Assembly: GCF_009914755.1 (NCBI RefSeq)
Contig: NC_060935.1
Strand: one strand, 5' to 3'
From: the human T2T-CHM13v2.0 reference genome, Homo sapiens
DNA length: 64,000 bases
A model generated the notes under the pieces. The model did no database searches. It was not told the DNA's origin and saw only the letters and a program-made list of their open reading frames with translations. The number at the start of each line of letters is the position of its first letter. The first letter of the stretch is position 1. This document shows positions 26,700 through 38,580 of the stretch, piece after piece. The position numbers and the translations under genes were made by a program.

Positions 26700-29600
26700 C
26701 CAGCAGGCCTGTAGAAGAGGGCCCTGACTGTTAGAAGGAAAACTAACAAACAGAATGCAATAGCATCAACATCAACAAAATGGATGACCACACAAAAACC
26801 CCATCCAAAGGTCACCAACATCAAAGACCAAAGGTTCAAACCAGTTCAAACAGGCTGAAAATTCCGAAAATCAGAACGCCTCTTCTCCTCCAAAGAATCA
26901 CAACTCCTCGCCAGCAAGGGAACAAAACTGGATGGAGAATGAGTTTGAAGAATTGACAGAAGTAGGCTTCAGAAGGTGGGTAACAACAAACTCTTCTGAG
27001 CTAAAAGAGCATGTTCTAACCCAATGCAAGGAAGCTAAGAACCTTGATAAAAGGTTAGAGGAACTGCTAACTAGAATAACCAGTTTAGAGAAGAACACAA
27101 ATGACCTGATATAGCTGAATACACAGCACGAGAACTTCATGAAGCATTCACAAGTATCAATAGCTGAATCAATCAAGTGGAAGAAAGGATATCAGAGATT
27201 GAAGATCAACATAATGAAATGAAGTGTGAAGACAAGATTAGAAAAAAAGAATAAAAGGGAGTGAACAAAGCCTCCAATAAATATGGGACCATGTGAAAAG
27301 ACCAAACCTATGTCTGATTGGTGTACCTGAAAGTAATGGGGAGAATATAAGCAAGTTGGAAAACACACTTCAGGATATTATTCAGGAGAACTTCCCCAAC
27401 CTAGCAAGACAGGCCAACATTCAAATTCAGGAAATACAGAGAATACCACAAAGATACTCCTCAAGAAGAGCAGACCCAAGACACATAATCATCAGATTCA
27501 CCAAGGTTGAAATGAAGGAAAAAAGTGTTAAGGGCAACAGAGAGAAAGGTCGGGTTACCCACAAAGGGAAGCCTATCAGACTAACAGTGGATCTCTCTGC
27601 AGAAACCCTGCAAGCCAGAAGAGAGTGGGGGCCAATATTCAACATTTTTAAAGAAAAGAATTTTCAACCGAGAATTTCATATCCAGCCAACTGTGTTTCA
27701 TAAGTGAAGGAGAAATAAAATCCTTTACGGACAAGCAAATGGTGAGGGATTTTGTCACCACCAGGTCTGCCTTTCAAGAGCTCCTGAAGGAAGCACTAAG
27801 TATGGAAAGGAAAAAAGCAGTGTCAGCCACTGCAAAAACATGCCAAATTGTAAAGACCATCAACAATATGAAGAAACTGCATCAACTAATGAGCAAAATA
27901 ACTAGCTAGCATTATAATGACAGGATCAAATTCACACATAACAATATTACCTTTCAATGTAAACAGCCTAAATGCCCCAATTAAAAGACACAGACTGGCA
28001 AATTGGATAACAAGTCAAGACTCATTGGTGTGCTGTATTCAGGAAACCCATCTCAAGTGCAAAGACGCACATAGGCTCCAAATAAAGGGATGGAGAAAGA
28101 TTTACCAAGCAAATGGAAAGCAAAAAAATAGCAGGGGTTGCAATCCTAGTCTCTGATAAAACAGAGTTTAAACTAACAAGATCAAAAAAGACAAAGAAGG
28201 GCATTACATAATGGTAAAGGGATCAATGCAACATGAAGAGCTAACTCTCCTAAACATATATGCACCCAATATAGGATAACCCAGATTCATAAAGCAAGTT
28301 CTTAGAGACCTAAAAGGAGACTTAGACTCCCACACAAAAATAATGGAAGACTTTAACACCCCACTGTCAATATTAGACAGATCAGTGAGACAGAAAATTA
28401 ACAAGGATTTTCAGGACTTGAACTCAATTCTGGACCAAGTGGACCTAAAAGACATCTACAGAACTCTCCACCCCAAATCAACAGAATATACATTCTTCTC
28501 AGTACTGCATTGCACTTATTCCAAGGTTGACCACATAATTGGAAGTAAAACACTCCTGAGCAAATGTAAAAGAAAGGAAATCATGACAAACTGTGTCTCA
28601 GACCACAGTGCAATCAAATTAGAATTTAGGATTAAGAAGCTCACTCAAAACTGCACAACTACATAGAAACTGAACAACCTGCTCCTGAATGACTACTGGG
28701 TAAACAACAAAATTAAGACAGAAATAAATAAGTTCTTTGAAACCAATGAGAACAAAGACACAACATACCAGAATCTCTGGGACACAGCTACAGCAGTGTT
28801 TAGAGGGAAATTTATAGCACTAATTGGCCATATGAGAAAGTGGAAAAGATTTAAAATCGATCGATACCCTAACATCACAATTAAAAGACCTAGAGAAGCA
28901 AGAGCAAACAAATTCAAAAGCTAGCAGAAGATAAGAAATAACTAAGATCAGAGCAGAACTGAAGGAGATAGAGACATGAAAAACCCTTCAAAAAATCAAT
29001 GAATCCAAGGGCTGTTTTCTGAAAAGATTAACAAAAGTAGATAGACTGCTAGCCAGAATAATAAAGAAGAAAAGAGAGAAGAATCAAATAGACACAATAA
29101 AAAATGATAAAGGGGATATCACCACTGATCACACAGAAATGCAAACTACCATCAGAGAATACTGTAAACACCTCTACACAAATAAACTAGAAAATCTAGA
29201 AGAAATTGATAAATTCCTGGACACATACACCCTCCCAAGACTAAACCAGGAAGAAGTGGAATCCTGAATAGACCAATAAAAAGTTCTGAAATTGAGGTAG
29301 CAATTAATAGCCTACCAACCAAAAAAAGCCCAGGACCAGATAGATTCACATCCGAATTCTGCCAGAGGTACAAAGAGGAGTTGGTACCATTCCTTCTAAA
29401 ACTATTCAAAATAACAGAAAAAGAGGGACTCCTCCCTAACTAATTTTATGAGGCCAACATTATCCTGATACCAAAACCTGGCAGATACGCAACAAAAAAT
29501 GAAAATTTCAGGCCAATATCCCTGATGAACATCAATGCGAAAATCCTCAATAAAATACTGGCAAACCAAATCAAGCAGCACATTAAAAGGCTTATCCACC

Positions 29601-30417
29601 ATGATCAAGTCGGCTTCATCCCTGGGATCCAAGACTGGTTCAACACACGCAAATCAATAAACATAACATATCACATAAACAGAACCAATGACAAAAATTA
29701 CATGATTATCTCAATAGATACAGAAAAGGCTTTTGATAAAATTCAACACCCTTCATGCTAAAAACAGCCAATAAACTAGGTATTGATGGAAGGTATCTCA
29801 AAATAATAAGAGCTATTTATGAGAAACCCACAGACAATATCATACTGAATGGGCAAAACTTGAAGCATTCCCTTTGAAAATGCACAAGGATGACCTCTTT
29901 CACCACTCCAATTCATCATAGTATTGGAAGTTCTGGCCAGGGCAATCAGACTAAAGAAAGAAAGAAAGGACATTCAAATAGGAAGACAGGAAGTAAACTT
30001 GTCCCTGTTTGCAGATGACGTGATTGTATAGTTAGAAAACCCCATTGTCTCAGCCCCAAATCTCCTTAAGCTGATAAGCAACTTCAGCAAAGTGTGAGGA
30101 TAAAAAATCAATGTGCAAAAATCACAAACATTCCTATACACCAATAATAGACAGAGAGCCAAATCATGAGTAAACTCGCATTCACAATTGCTACAAAGAG
30201 AATAAAATACCTGGGAATGCAGCTTACAAGGGATGTGAAGGACCTCTTCAAGGAAAACTACAAACCACTGCTCAAGGAAGTAAGAGAGGACACAAACAAA
30301 TGGAAAAACATCCCATGCTCATGGATAGGAAGACTCAATATCGTGAAAATGGTCATACTGCCCAAAGCAATTTATAGATTCAATGCTATCTCCATCAAGC
30401 TACCATTTACTTTCTTA
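26700..30417 (+). mobile_element. L1PA (~PA7/8) internal segment: 5'UTR end, ORF1, ORF2 EN+RT; inactive
   Basis: ORF-track peptides ENTLQDIIQENFPNLARQANIQIQEIQR (ORF1), MTGSNSHITIL (ORF2 start 27917), [15 protein letters not shown]; many stops; no 3' end. Confidence 0.95.
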
Positions 30418-30517
30418 ATAACAGAAAGCTTTAATAATTTGCCCATAGACATACTGTAAGTAAGTGGGAGAACTAGGGTTGGACCTCAGGCAGTCTGTCT
30501 CTAAAAACTCTGTTCCT

Positions 30518-30845
<328 letters not shown>

Positions 30846-31446
30846 CTACCTCTTATGAATGACAGTGACATTAAATATGTTGCCAAAGTATGTTCCTAAG
30901 CCACCAAATTACATATAATATTTTGGGGAGATGATTATTGCATGCTTGCAGAACTGATTGAAACTTGACAAAGCTTTCAAGTATTATGTAGGTTTTGGTC
31001 CATTTTTTAGAATAATAATATTCACCTTATCCTACATCTACAGTATTGTCCAACTCTCTAACACTGACATGACAAAAATCCTGTTAGCATGCTCAGCCAA
31101 ACCCTGTAACAAAGGCATTGTGGAAATCCTAGTGTGCACTGCAGCTTTGATTTTCAAAGCACAGAATGCCTCAGAAAGTCTCATATGCACGCCACTCTGA
31201 TTACTCACAAAATGAGTGTCATCTATGGACTCTCCCTACTGATAGAGATTGAAGTGAAAATAAAAAAACAAGACTCAGTCTCTAAGGAGCTTATGGTCTA
31301 GTAAGGAATATAAGGGAAGGGGCAGTCATTCTGGAAGTATTCCTAGAAGAGATGACATGTAAGCTGAGACCTGAAGGATGAGGGTAGTCTTATCTTTTCT
31401 GGGGATAAAGGCTACATGGCAACTGTTGTCATGAGAAAAGATTTTG

Positions 31447-31742
31447 GGACCTGGCATGGTGGCTCCTGCCTGTAATCTCACCACTTTTGGAGGCCAAGGA
31501 AGGTTGATACCTTGAGCCGGAGAGTTATTGACCAGCCTGGGATACATGGCAAAACCGCATCTCTACCAAAAATATAAAAATTAGCCAGGCATGGTGGTGC
31601 ACACCTGTAATCTCAGCTACTTGGGAGTCTGATGCTGAAGGATCGCCTGAGCCCAGGAAGCAGAGGTTACGTTGAGCTGGGATTGTGCCACTGACCCCAG
31701 CCTGGGTGACAGAGTGAGAACCTGTATTAAAAAAAAAAAAAA
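31447..31742 (+). mobile_element. AluJ
   Basis: Diverged dimer with poly(A). Confidence 0.88.
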
Positions 31743-32269
31743 TCTCATCTTTTGCTGGGTTGATGGCCTTCTAATCCATCTAGGCCAGAATGCTTTCTGA
31801 AATGCAAATATGCTCGTATCCCTATCCTGCTTAACCTTACTATGGGCTTTTGATAAACTACAGGAAAGTACTTACACTCCTCTGGATGTCTTCTACGCCC
31901 TATGTGATGTATTTGGTGCTCAATGTATGGATTGTTCTTCCCACAAATCCCTTGGATTCTAGAAACACTGAGTTCTTTGTATTTCTTTAACATGCCACAA
32001 TCTTCCATACTTGTTTTTTATCTTGAATAACATGATTACTTTGCCAGTGGGAATACAAATAAATAAAATCACTTTGAAACAGCTTGGCATTGTAAAATTG
32101 AAGATGCACACACTTTACAACACAGACATTCAACCTATAGGCAGATACTGTCAGGAAAGAGAATCTCTTGAATATTTGCATTAGGATACATGTTCACAGA
32201 AGCAAAATATAGAAAACATTCCAAATATACACCAGCAGAAATAAATACATTTTATTATTCACCAGTTAT

Positions 32270-32990
32270 CCAAATTTGGGTTATCCACTCCAAACTCCCA
32301 CTTGATTGTCTTCATAAATAGATCTGGGCCCATTAAATAGTTCTTCTTTGTCACGTGTTAATGATGTTAAACTTTGTGAGTAGAAGGCATTGGAGAGATG
32401 TTCCAAGAGGGTGCTTTTCAATCTGCTTTCTGTGTGCACCCTTGGCAAACTCTGGCAATGCAAATGACATCTCCAGCATCTGACACGGAGGGCATACAGA
32501 GCTACACCAGTGCCCAGATTCTGTAGTTCAGGCTGCTGCTATGGCACCCACTTCCTGAAGTTCATGGTGGCCAGGAGAACCCAGCGGCCAAGAGCTTCTC
32601 CTGAAATTGTCCTTTGCCAAATTTGTAGTAGAGCCCCTCTGGCTTGACATTTCTTCATAAACAGCTTTACACATTGGCCCAGAAGACAAGTTTCTGGGGA
32701 GTTCTGAAGTGTCAATTTGAAGCAGATTCTTCAAGGGCAACACTACAGCGACTTCTTAACTTTGAGCGAGGCCACAATGTGAGGGGACTCTTCATTGGCT
32801 GCTCCAAATTCACCATGGAGACAAGAGCAATTCCTTACATCTGCTCATCACATATTCTTGAGACTTCTCTTTACATATTACTAGACAATATTTCATTGTT
32901 CCAATGCTGTAACAATTAATAATTCTTCATATTAACTTTCCCTATTCACATTACTGTATGTTTTCTCTGTCTTGATGGACCCTGAATCCT
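32270..32990 (+). mobile_element. Old ERVL-class LTR (LTR41/52-like)
   Basis: 3' end taataattcttcatattaactttccctattc...ggaccctga resembles ERVL LTR ends. Confidence 0.45.
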
Positions 32991-33787
32991 ACCCTCATGT
33001 GAATGAATGCTCTATATCAGCAAAATATGGCAAACTACAGCCACAGTGATAATATATTTGAACCCTTAAAAGTCAATGAAAAAAATCAAGTCCCTGAAAA
33101 TTACACATGGTATGATTGTCTTTACAAAAAGTTCAAAAATACATAATGCCAAAACATGTAAAGGATACAGCCATGTGTGATAAAATTATAAATAATGACA
33201 GAGGAAAGATAAATAAACATAAAATTCAAGAAAATGCAAAAGCATAACTGTCATTAGTACATGGGGCATCCAAAGATATTAGAAATGTTATTTTCTTCAT
33301 ATGGCTATTAGGTTCACAAGTGTTCATTTAATTACTATACATATATTTTATACTATAGCCTTTTATATAAATAAAAAATAATTATTTCTTATGCTATAGA
33401 GTGATAACATTTACTAAAAGTGTGATTTGATCCATTTCCCAAATAGTGTGCTGAGATAGTGATCCTCTCAGCCCAGGCTGGCCAGGTAGGCCGTGAGGCC
33501 TCTGGCTTGGGATAATCTTGTGCATATTCCCCAGTGTGCTCTCTGACATACTGATGTTTTCTTCTGTGTGAAGTGACATGAATAGATTAGACTTGATTCC
33601 CTGATAATGCCAGATGAGAGTTTTACTATATTAGGCCATTCTCCTTAGATTTAATACTGAGTTAAATTTTTCCACTTCAGAATAACCTCTTATAATTATG
33701 AAATTCAGTTTTAATCCATAGGGAGAAGATAAACAATATAAACACACACATATATAAACACTCACATAACTATATATAATATTCAAC

Positions 33788-33793
33788 TTTATT
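33788..33793 (-). terminator. FOLH1: FOLH1 polyadenylation signal AATAAA
   Basis: AATAAA ~100 nt after the stop codon, followed by GT/T-rich sequence on the minus strand. Confidence 0.85.
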
Positions 33794-33891
33794 TCAAATA
33801 TACCAATTTTAAAATTTATCAATATACCCATTACGATTCTTTCTGAGTGACATACCACACAAATTCAATACGGATTCTCTAAAAAATCCTC

Positions 33892-34081
33892 TTAGGCTAC
33901 TTCACTCAAAGTCTCTGCAGCTGCCTGCACTGTGAAGGCTGCAACATAAATCTGTCTCTTCACTTCTCCCCAGGCCTTGGAAGGGTCCACTTTGCTTTCA
34001 ATATCAAACAGAGCATCATAAATTCCTGGGAATGACTCCCCTGCATACTTGTTGTGGCTGCTTGGAGCATAGATGACATGC
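33892..34081 (-). CDS. FOLH1: FOLH1 exon 19 (coding part)
   Basis: aacag|[22 protein letters not shown]...[28 protein letters not shown]. Confidence 0.97.
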
Positions 34082-34776
34082 CTGTTGATAAAATCGTTTG
34101 CTGTTTATTAGGTGCCCAAATGATATACAAGAGAAACACAAGAGCACTCTGCAATTCCTGGATTGCATATTCCTATAACAATTTGAACAAGCCACCTGTC
34201 AACTGAACTTCCAAGTTCAATCATCTCTGAAGACTATTATATGAAATCTATAGTAATTAATTATATTTTTATTTCAAACAAATAAATTAAAGTGGTTCAG
34301 TGCTACAAAACTAACAATGATGATAGTAACCACAGCAATCATTCTTGGTATTTAATGTTTACTTGCAATTTTTCTGATGTTTAGAAATAAACTCTACACA
34401 GTTGATATTAGTATTTCACAGAGAAGGAAACTGAGGTCTGAGAGATCAAGTAACTAAATGATTTGTCTCAAGGCACACGACAAGTAACTGCTGATTTTTT
34501 AATATATCATGCTACCCCCTATATTATAGCACAATTGTAATCATTACAGTCTTGCTTGTGATCAGCCAACCCTCTATTGTGGTTTTTTTTTGTCTTTTTT
34601 TAAAAAGTCACACTACCATGTTAGAATACTTAATATAGAGTTTGAAGAATCATCAAAAACAATTTTGTAATGTTCCATGTGACCAAGGCAGAAAATGTTT
34701 TATAGAATGGGCTATGACAGTTCATGTAATAGCCCACAGAAGAGAAGGACAAACTCCATAGTAAAGATGTAAATAA

Positions 34777-35073
34777 GGCCAGAAGCAGTAGCTCATGCCT
34801 GTAATCCCATATATTAGGGAGGCCAAGGTGGGAGGATTGCTTGAGGCCAGGAGTTCTAGACGAGCCTGCGCAACATAGGGACACCCTGTCGCTACAAATG
34901 AACGTACAAATATTAGCTGGGCATGGTGGCATGTGACTGTAGTCCTAGCTTCTTTGGAGGCTGCTGCAGGAAGATTGGTTGAGCCCAAAAGTCTGAGGCT
35001 GCAGTGAGCTAAAATTGCACAACTGAACTCTAGCCTGGGAGACAGAGTGGGACCCTGTCTCTTAGGAAAAAAA
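34777..35073 (+). mobile_element. AluJ in FOLH1 intron 18
   Basis: Diverged dimer. Confidence 0.88.
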
Positions 35074-35773
35074 GGGGGGGTGGGGGATGGATAAAAATAT
35101 GCTGCTACTGGTGATCTGATCCAGTCAACCTGCTTGGAAGATGCTCTTACTCCCAAGCCCGACCCTTTGATAATCCCTAGAAAGAAAGTTAGGGCCATTT
35201 CTGGCTGTCCAATGATCTATCTCATTCTGCAATATTTAGAAGATCAACCTGGGGACAGTCAATGTTTGGCAGAAAAAAATCCAACTGTCAGGATTTAGGA
35301 GGAAATAAAATATCTAAATATCAACATTAGGGAAAAGAATAAATAAATATATATTTATTATATACATTATATATAGAGAGATGTTTGGGTTCTGTGTATA
35401 CATAAGTAAAAATATATTTAAAATAGAAAAGGAGCTAAAATTATACACACCAGAATATAACAATGATTTTATATTTTTCTGATAAAATTGGGGAGATTTT
35501 TATTTTTTGTCATGGCTTTCTGGATCTTCTATATTTTCTAAAATAAATTTATATTCTTTTATAATCAGAACAAAGATACTCAAAATAAAGATATGCAAAA
35601 ATCATATTACATTATATGAAGAAACAATACAACTATCACTTACTACATATATTTTGAAATTTTCTATTTGCTTGCAAGAAATCAACTACAATATTTTTTC
35701 CACAGTGAAAAAAATAAAAATAATTAGAAGAAAAAGTGATATTACAGAAAGGAGTCATATTTTCTTTTCTTAC

Positions 35774-35866
35774 CTATAAAAAGGCCTGTCTGGTAACCCT
35801 AATGGATCAATAAATGCTCTTTCCAGAAACATGAGTTGATCATTCATCATTCTTAATACTATTGGG
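35774..35866 (-). CDS. FOLH1: FOLH1 exon 18 (93 nt)
   Basis: [31 protein letters not shown]; ag/gt boundaries. Confidence 0.97.
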
Positions 35867-36053
35867 CTGAGAAAGAAAATGAATATAATTATAACTTCAT
35901 GAAAATATGTTTCTACCCAGAAAATAAAAATTTCAGAACAAAACTGAATTTAGTTATCTCCGGGGATTGGTTTCAGGACCACCCTCTACACCAAAATTTG
36001 TGCATACTCAAGTCCTGCAAGGAGGACACATGTATGTGAAAAGTCGGCCCTCC

Positions 36054-37041
36054 TCCTTTGTGGAATTTTTTTTTATTATTATACTTTTAAGTTCGAGGGT
36101 ACATGTGCACAACGTGCAGGTTTGTTACACATGTATACATGTGCCATGTTGGTGTGCTGCACCCGTTATCTCACTCATAGGTGGGAATTGAACAATGAGA
36201 ACACTTGGACACAGGGTGGGGAACATCACACACCAGGGCCTGTCGTGGGGTGGGGTGAGGGGGGAAGGATAGCATTGGGAGGTATACCTAATGTAAATGA
36301 CGAGTCCTCTGTGGAATTAACAGGGTGAAAATGAACAAACTACCAAACAAATTAAATTGATCTCTCGGTATAATGATCCAGATTTAAGTCTAAAAGTTAC
36401 TTAAAATTATATCGTTTCAAGTGATTTTCAGAATGGTTTAAGTACAGCGTTCTTGGAGCCTGATATGACTTTCTGGATTAACTTGCTCTGCCTCAGTGAG
36501 GAAATGTAGCTGTGTATGTGGAATCTGAAGCCACATCTGATCTCCCTTGGGTTAGCTTCCCCCAGTATAACTCTTACCACATGCTTAATCCCCCTTTCAC
36601 ATCTTAGTCTTCATGTTGTTAAGACAATGAGATAGGCAATTATATAAAATAGAAAATGTTTGTGGAACACATGGCTAGTAGTCCAAATGGAATGTAACAG
36701 TTTTTTTTTAAGTTTCTATAATTCTCTTACTTTATATTTTTCATTAGTTTTTCATTAGCTACATCTGAGTTTCTCAGATTCAAGCTTGTAGAGTGAGCAT
36801 CATTCTGTGATAAAAGTTCTAATATATCAAAGCTAAAAGAAAGATGCTTGTTGAGATTTTTTCCACATAAATGAATTTACTCAGTTAAAATACTTTTGTT
36901 CTAGATTTATGTCCATCCTACTTTTAGATATTTTTAATGAAATCATTTTATGTATGCAATGCTAACATTTTCAAATGTAAGCTTGAAAATAAAAGATTTA
37001 ATTTGGCAAAATAAAAAGTTTTCCATATTTAAAAATAACAA
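36054..37041 (+). pseudogene. Putative retrocopied mRNA 3'-UTR fragment of unknown parent gene
   Basis: 16-bp TSD, AATAAA at 36988 and 37010, A-rich tail remnant 37031-37041. Confidence 0.55.
36068..36304 (-). mobile_element. Short L1PA 3' end with twin-priming inversion
   Basis: Reverse-oriented 3' end to 36168, forward piece 36169-36304; TSD tcct(t/c)tgtggaatt. Confidence 0.9.
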
Positions 37042-37093
37042 GAATAGTCAGCCCTCCATATATGTGGGTTTTAGTCCTTCAATACTGTATTTT

Positions 37094-37238
37094 ATTTTGT
37101 TTTCTTAAGAGATGGAGTCTTGCTCTGTTGCGCAGGCTGGAGTGCAGTGGCTTAATCATAGCTCAGTATAGCCTTAAACACCTGAGCTCAAGCAATTCCT
37201 CTGCCTCAGCTTCCTGAGTACCTGGGATTACAGTGAAT
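37094..37238 (-). mobile_element. Alu monomer (FLAM/AluJ fragment)
   Basis: TSD aatactg(t/a)atttt at 37081-37093 and 37239-37251. Confidence 0.82.
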
Positions 37239-38517
37239 AATACTGAATTTTCCATCTGTGTTTGCTTGCTAATGTGAAATCTATGGATAGAGAGGGCTCA
37301 CTGTATTAATTGAAAAAAATTCGTAAATAAGTGGACCTGTGCAGTTCAAATCACTGTTGTTCAAATGTCAATTGTAAATTTTAACATTCTGTAATATGCA
37401 AATTAAGAACAATAACATACATAGCTATGACATCTTTAAAATCTTATAAAATACTATACTGCTCAGGCTTATAAAAGCACAGAAACAGTTGTATGTGCAA
37501 ATGGAAAAAATAATAGTGATTTTTATTTACATTGGCATAATTAACTGATCAACCCAGATATACAAATATAGGCAAGATTTTCTTCACCTTAGGTATCCTA
37601 GCAATCTACTCACTGAAGTAATATCAATATTAAAATAAGATGACTTGCTAATGTTTAGTAAGATGCCTGGCAAATTATAAATATTTACCAAGTGATAACT
37701 AATAATATTCCTTTTATTTTTAAAGCTAAACCTATTATGAACACAACAGATGGTGATTACTTAAGTCTTTCAACAATATTTGGATACCTGCTATTTATCA
37801 AACACTCCCTGCTTTTACAGAACTTACATTCTAAAAGGAGTGTTGGGGTTGTTATTATAATAAGAATGATTCAATATAATTGAAAGTTTATCAGCAAGCT
37901 CTGAATACTTCAACAATGAGTTACTGAATTTAATATACCAATTATTTCACAATTTAATTAACTGAGAAAAATCATTACAATAAGAAAGCATGAATCATCT
38001 TGTTCATTAATTTACTTCTTGCTTTTCATAATTTAGTTTTACTAAAAGAGCATTTAGTGATCATTTCCTATGTGCCAATTACTGTTCTGAATCTTTATAC
38101 AAAATGTGATTTTTAATTTTCAGAGCAATTCTGCAAGTTGGGTAGGGTAACAGCCCCATTTTGTAGATGAGATAACAAAGGATCATGAGTTAAATAACTT
38201 GCCTAAATTCACACTAGAAAGTTTTAGAGTGAAATAGGAGATTGATATTGTTCTTTCAACTGCACCTTGCCGACAAAAGGAAAATAGGAACAACTTAAAC
38301 TCCCATAATTTGGATTTGAGCTATTTTTAACATTTATGTATTTGGCATCATGAATTCAGATTCTGTGATAGTATAAAGGTAAATGAAACACAGAATACCT
38401 GTTAGCAACTCCGATAAACAGTTGAGACAATCGAATGAAGGATAATTTCAATAAGATGCAATGGGTTTCGGAATCAAATTCACAAAGAATTGCTACAAGT
38501 ACAAAAACTCATGTGGC

Positions 38518-38580
38518 CACACACACGTAAATGCGCGCGTGCGCGTGCGTGCACACACACACACAGACACACACACACAC
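38518..38580. repeat. Compound (GC/GT)n-(CA)n microsatellite
   Basis: atgcgcgcgtgcgcgtgcgtgcacacacac... Confidence 0.95.

Larger units (their letters stand above)
35951..37375 (+). mobile_element. MER8/Tigger3-family DNA transposon split by nested insertions
   Basis: Left part ggggattggtttcaggacc...catactcaagtcc...gaaaagtcggccctcc; right part resumes at 37042 and ends aagtggacctgtgcagttcaaa...gttcaaatgtcaattg. Confidence 0.8.

Noticed and set aside
26932-30459. Many ORFs with endonuclease/reverse-transcriptase-like peptides
   Set aside because: Fragments of a dead L1 with many stops and frameshifts; not a novel RT system
34722-35198. 158-aa minus-strand ORF in intron 18
   Set aside because: Antisense Alu translation
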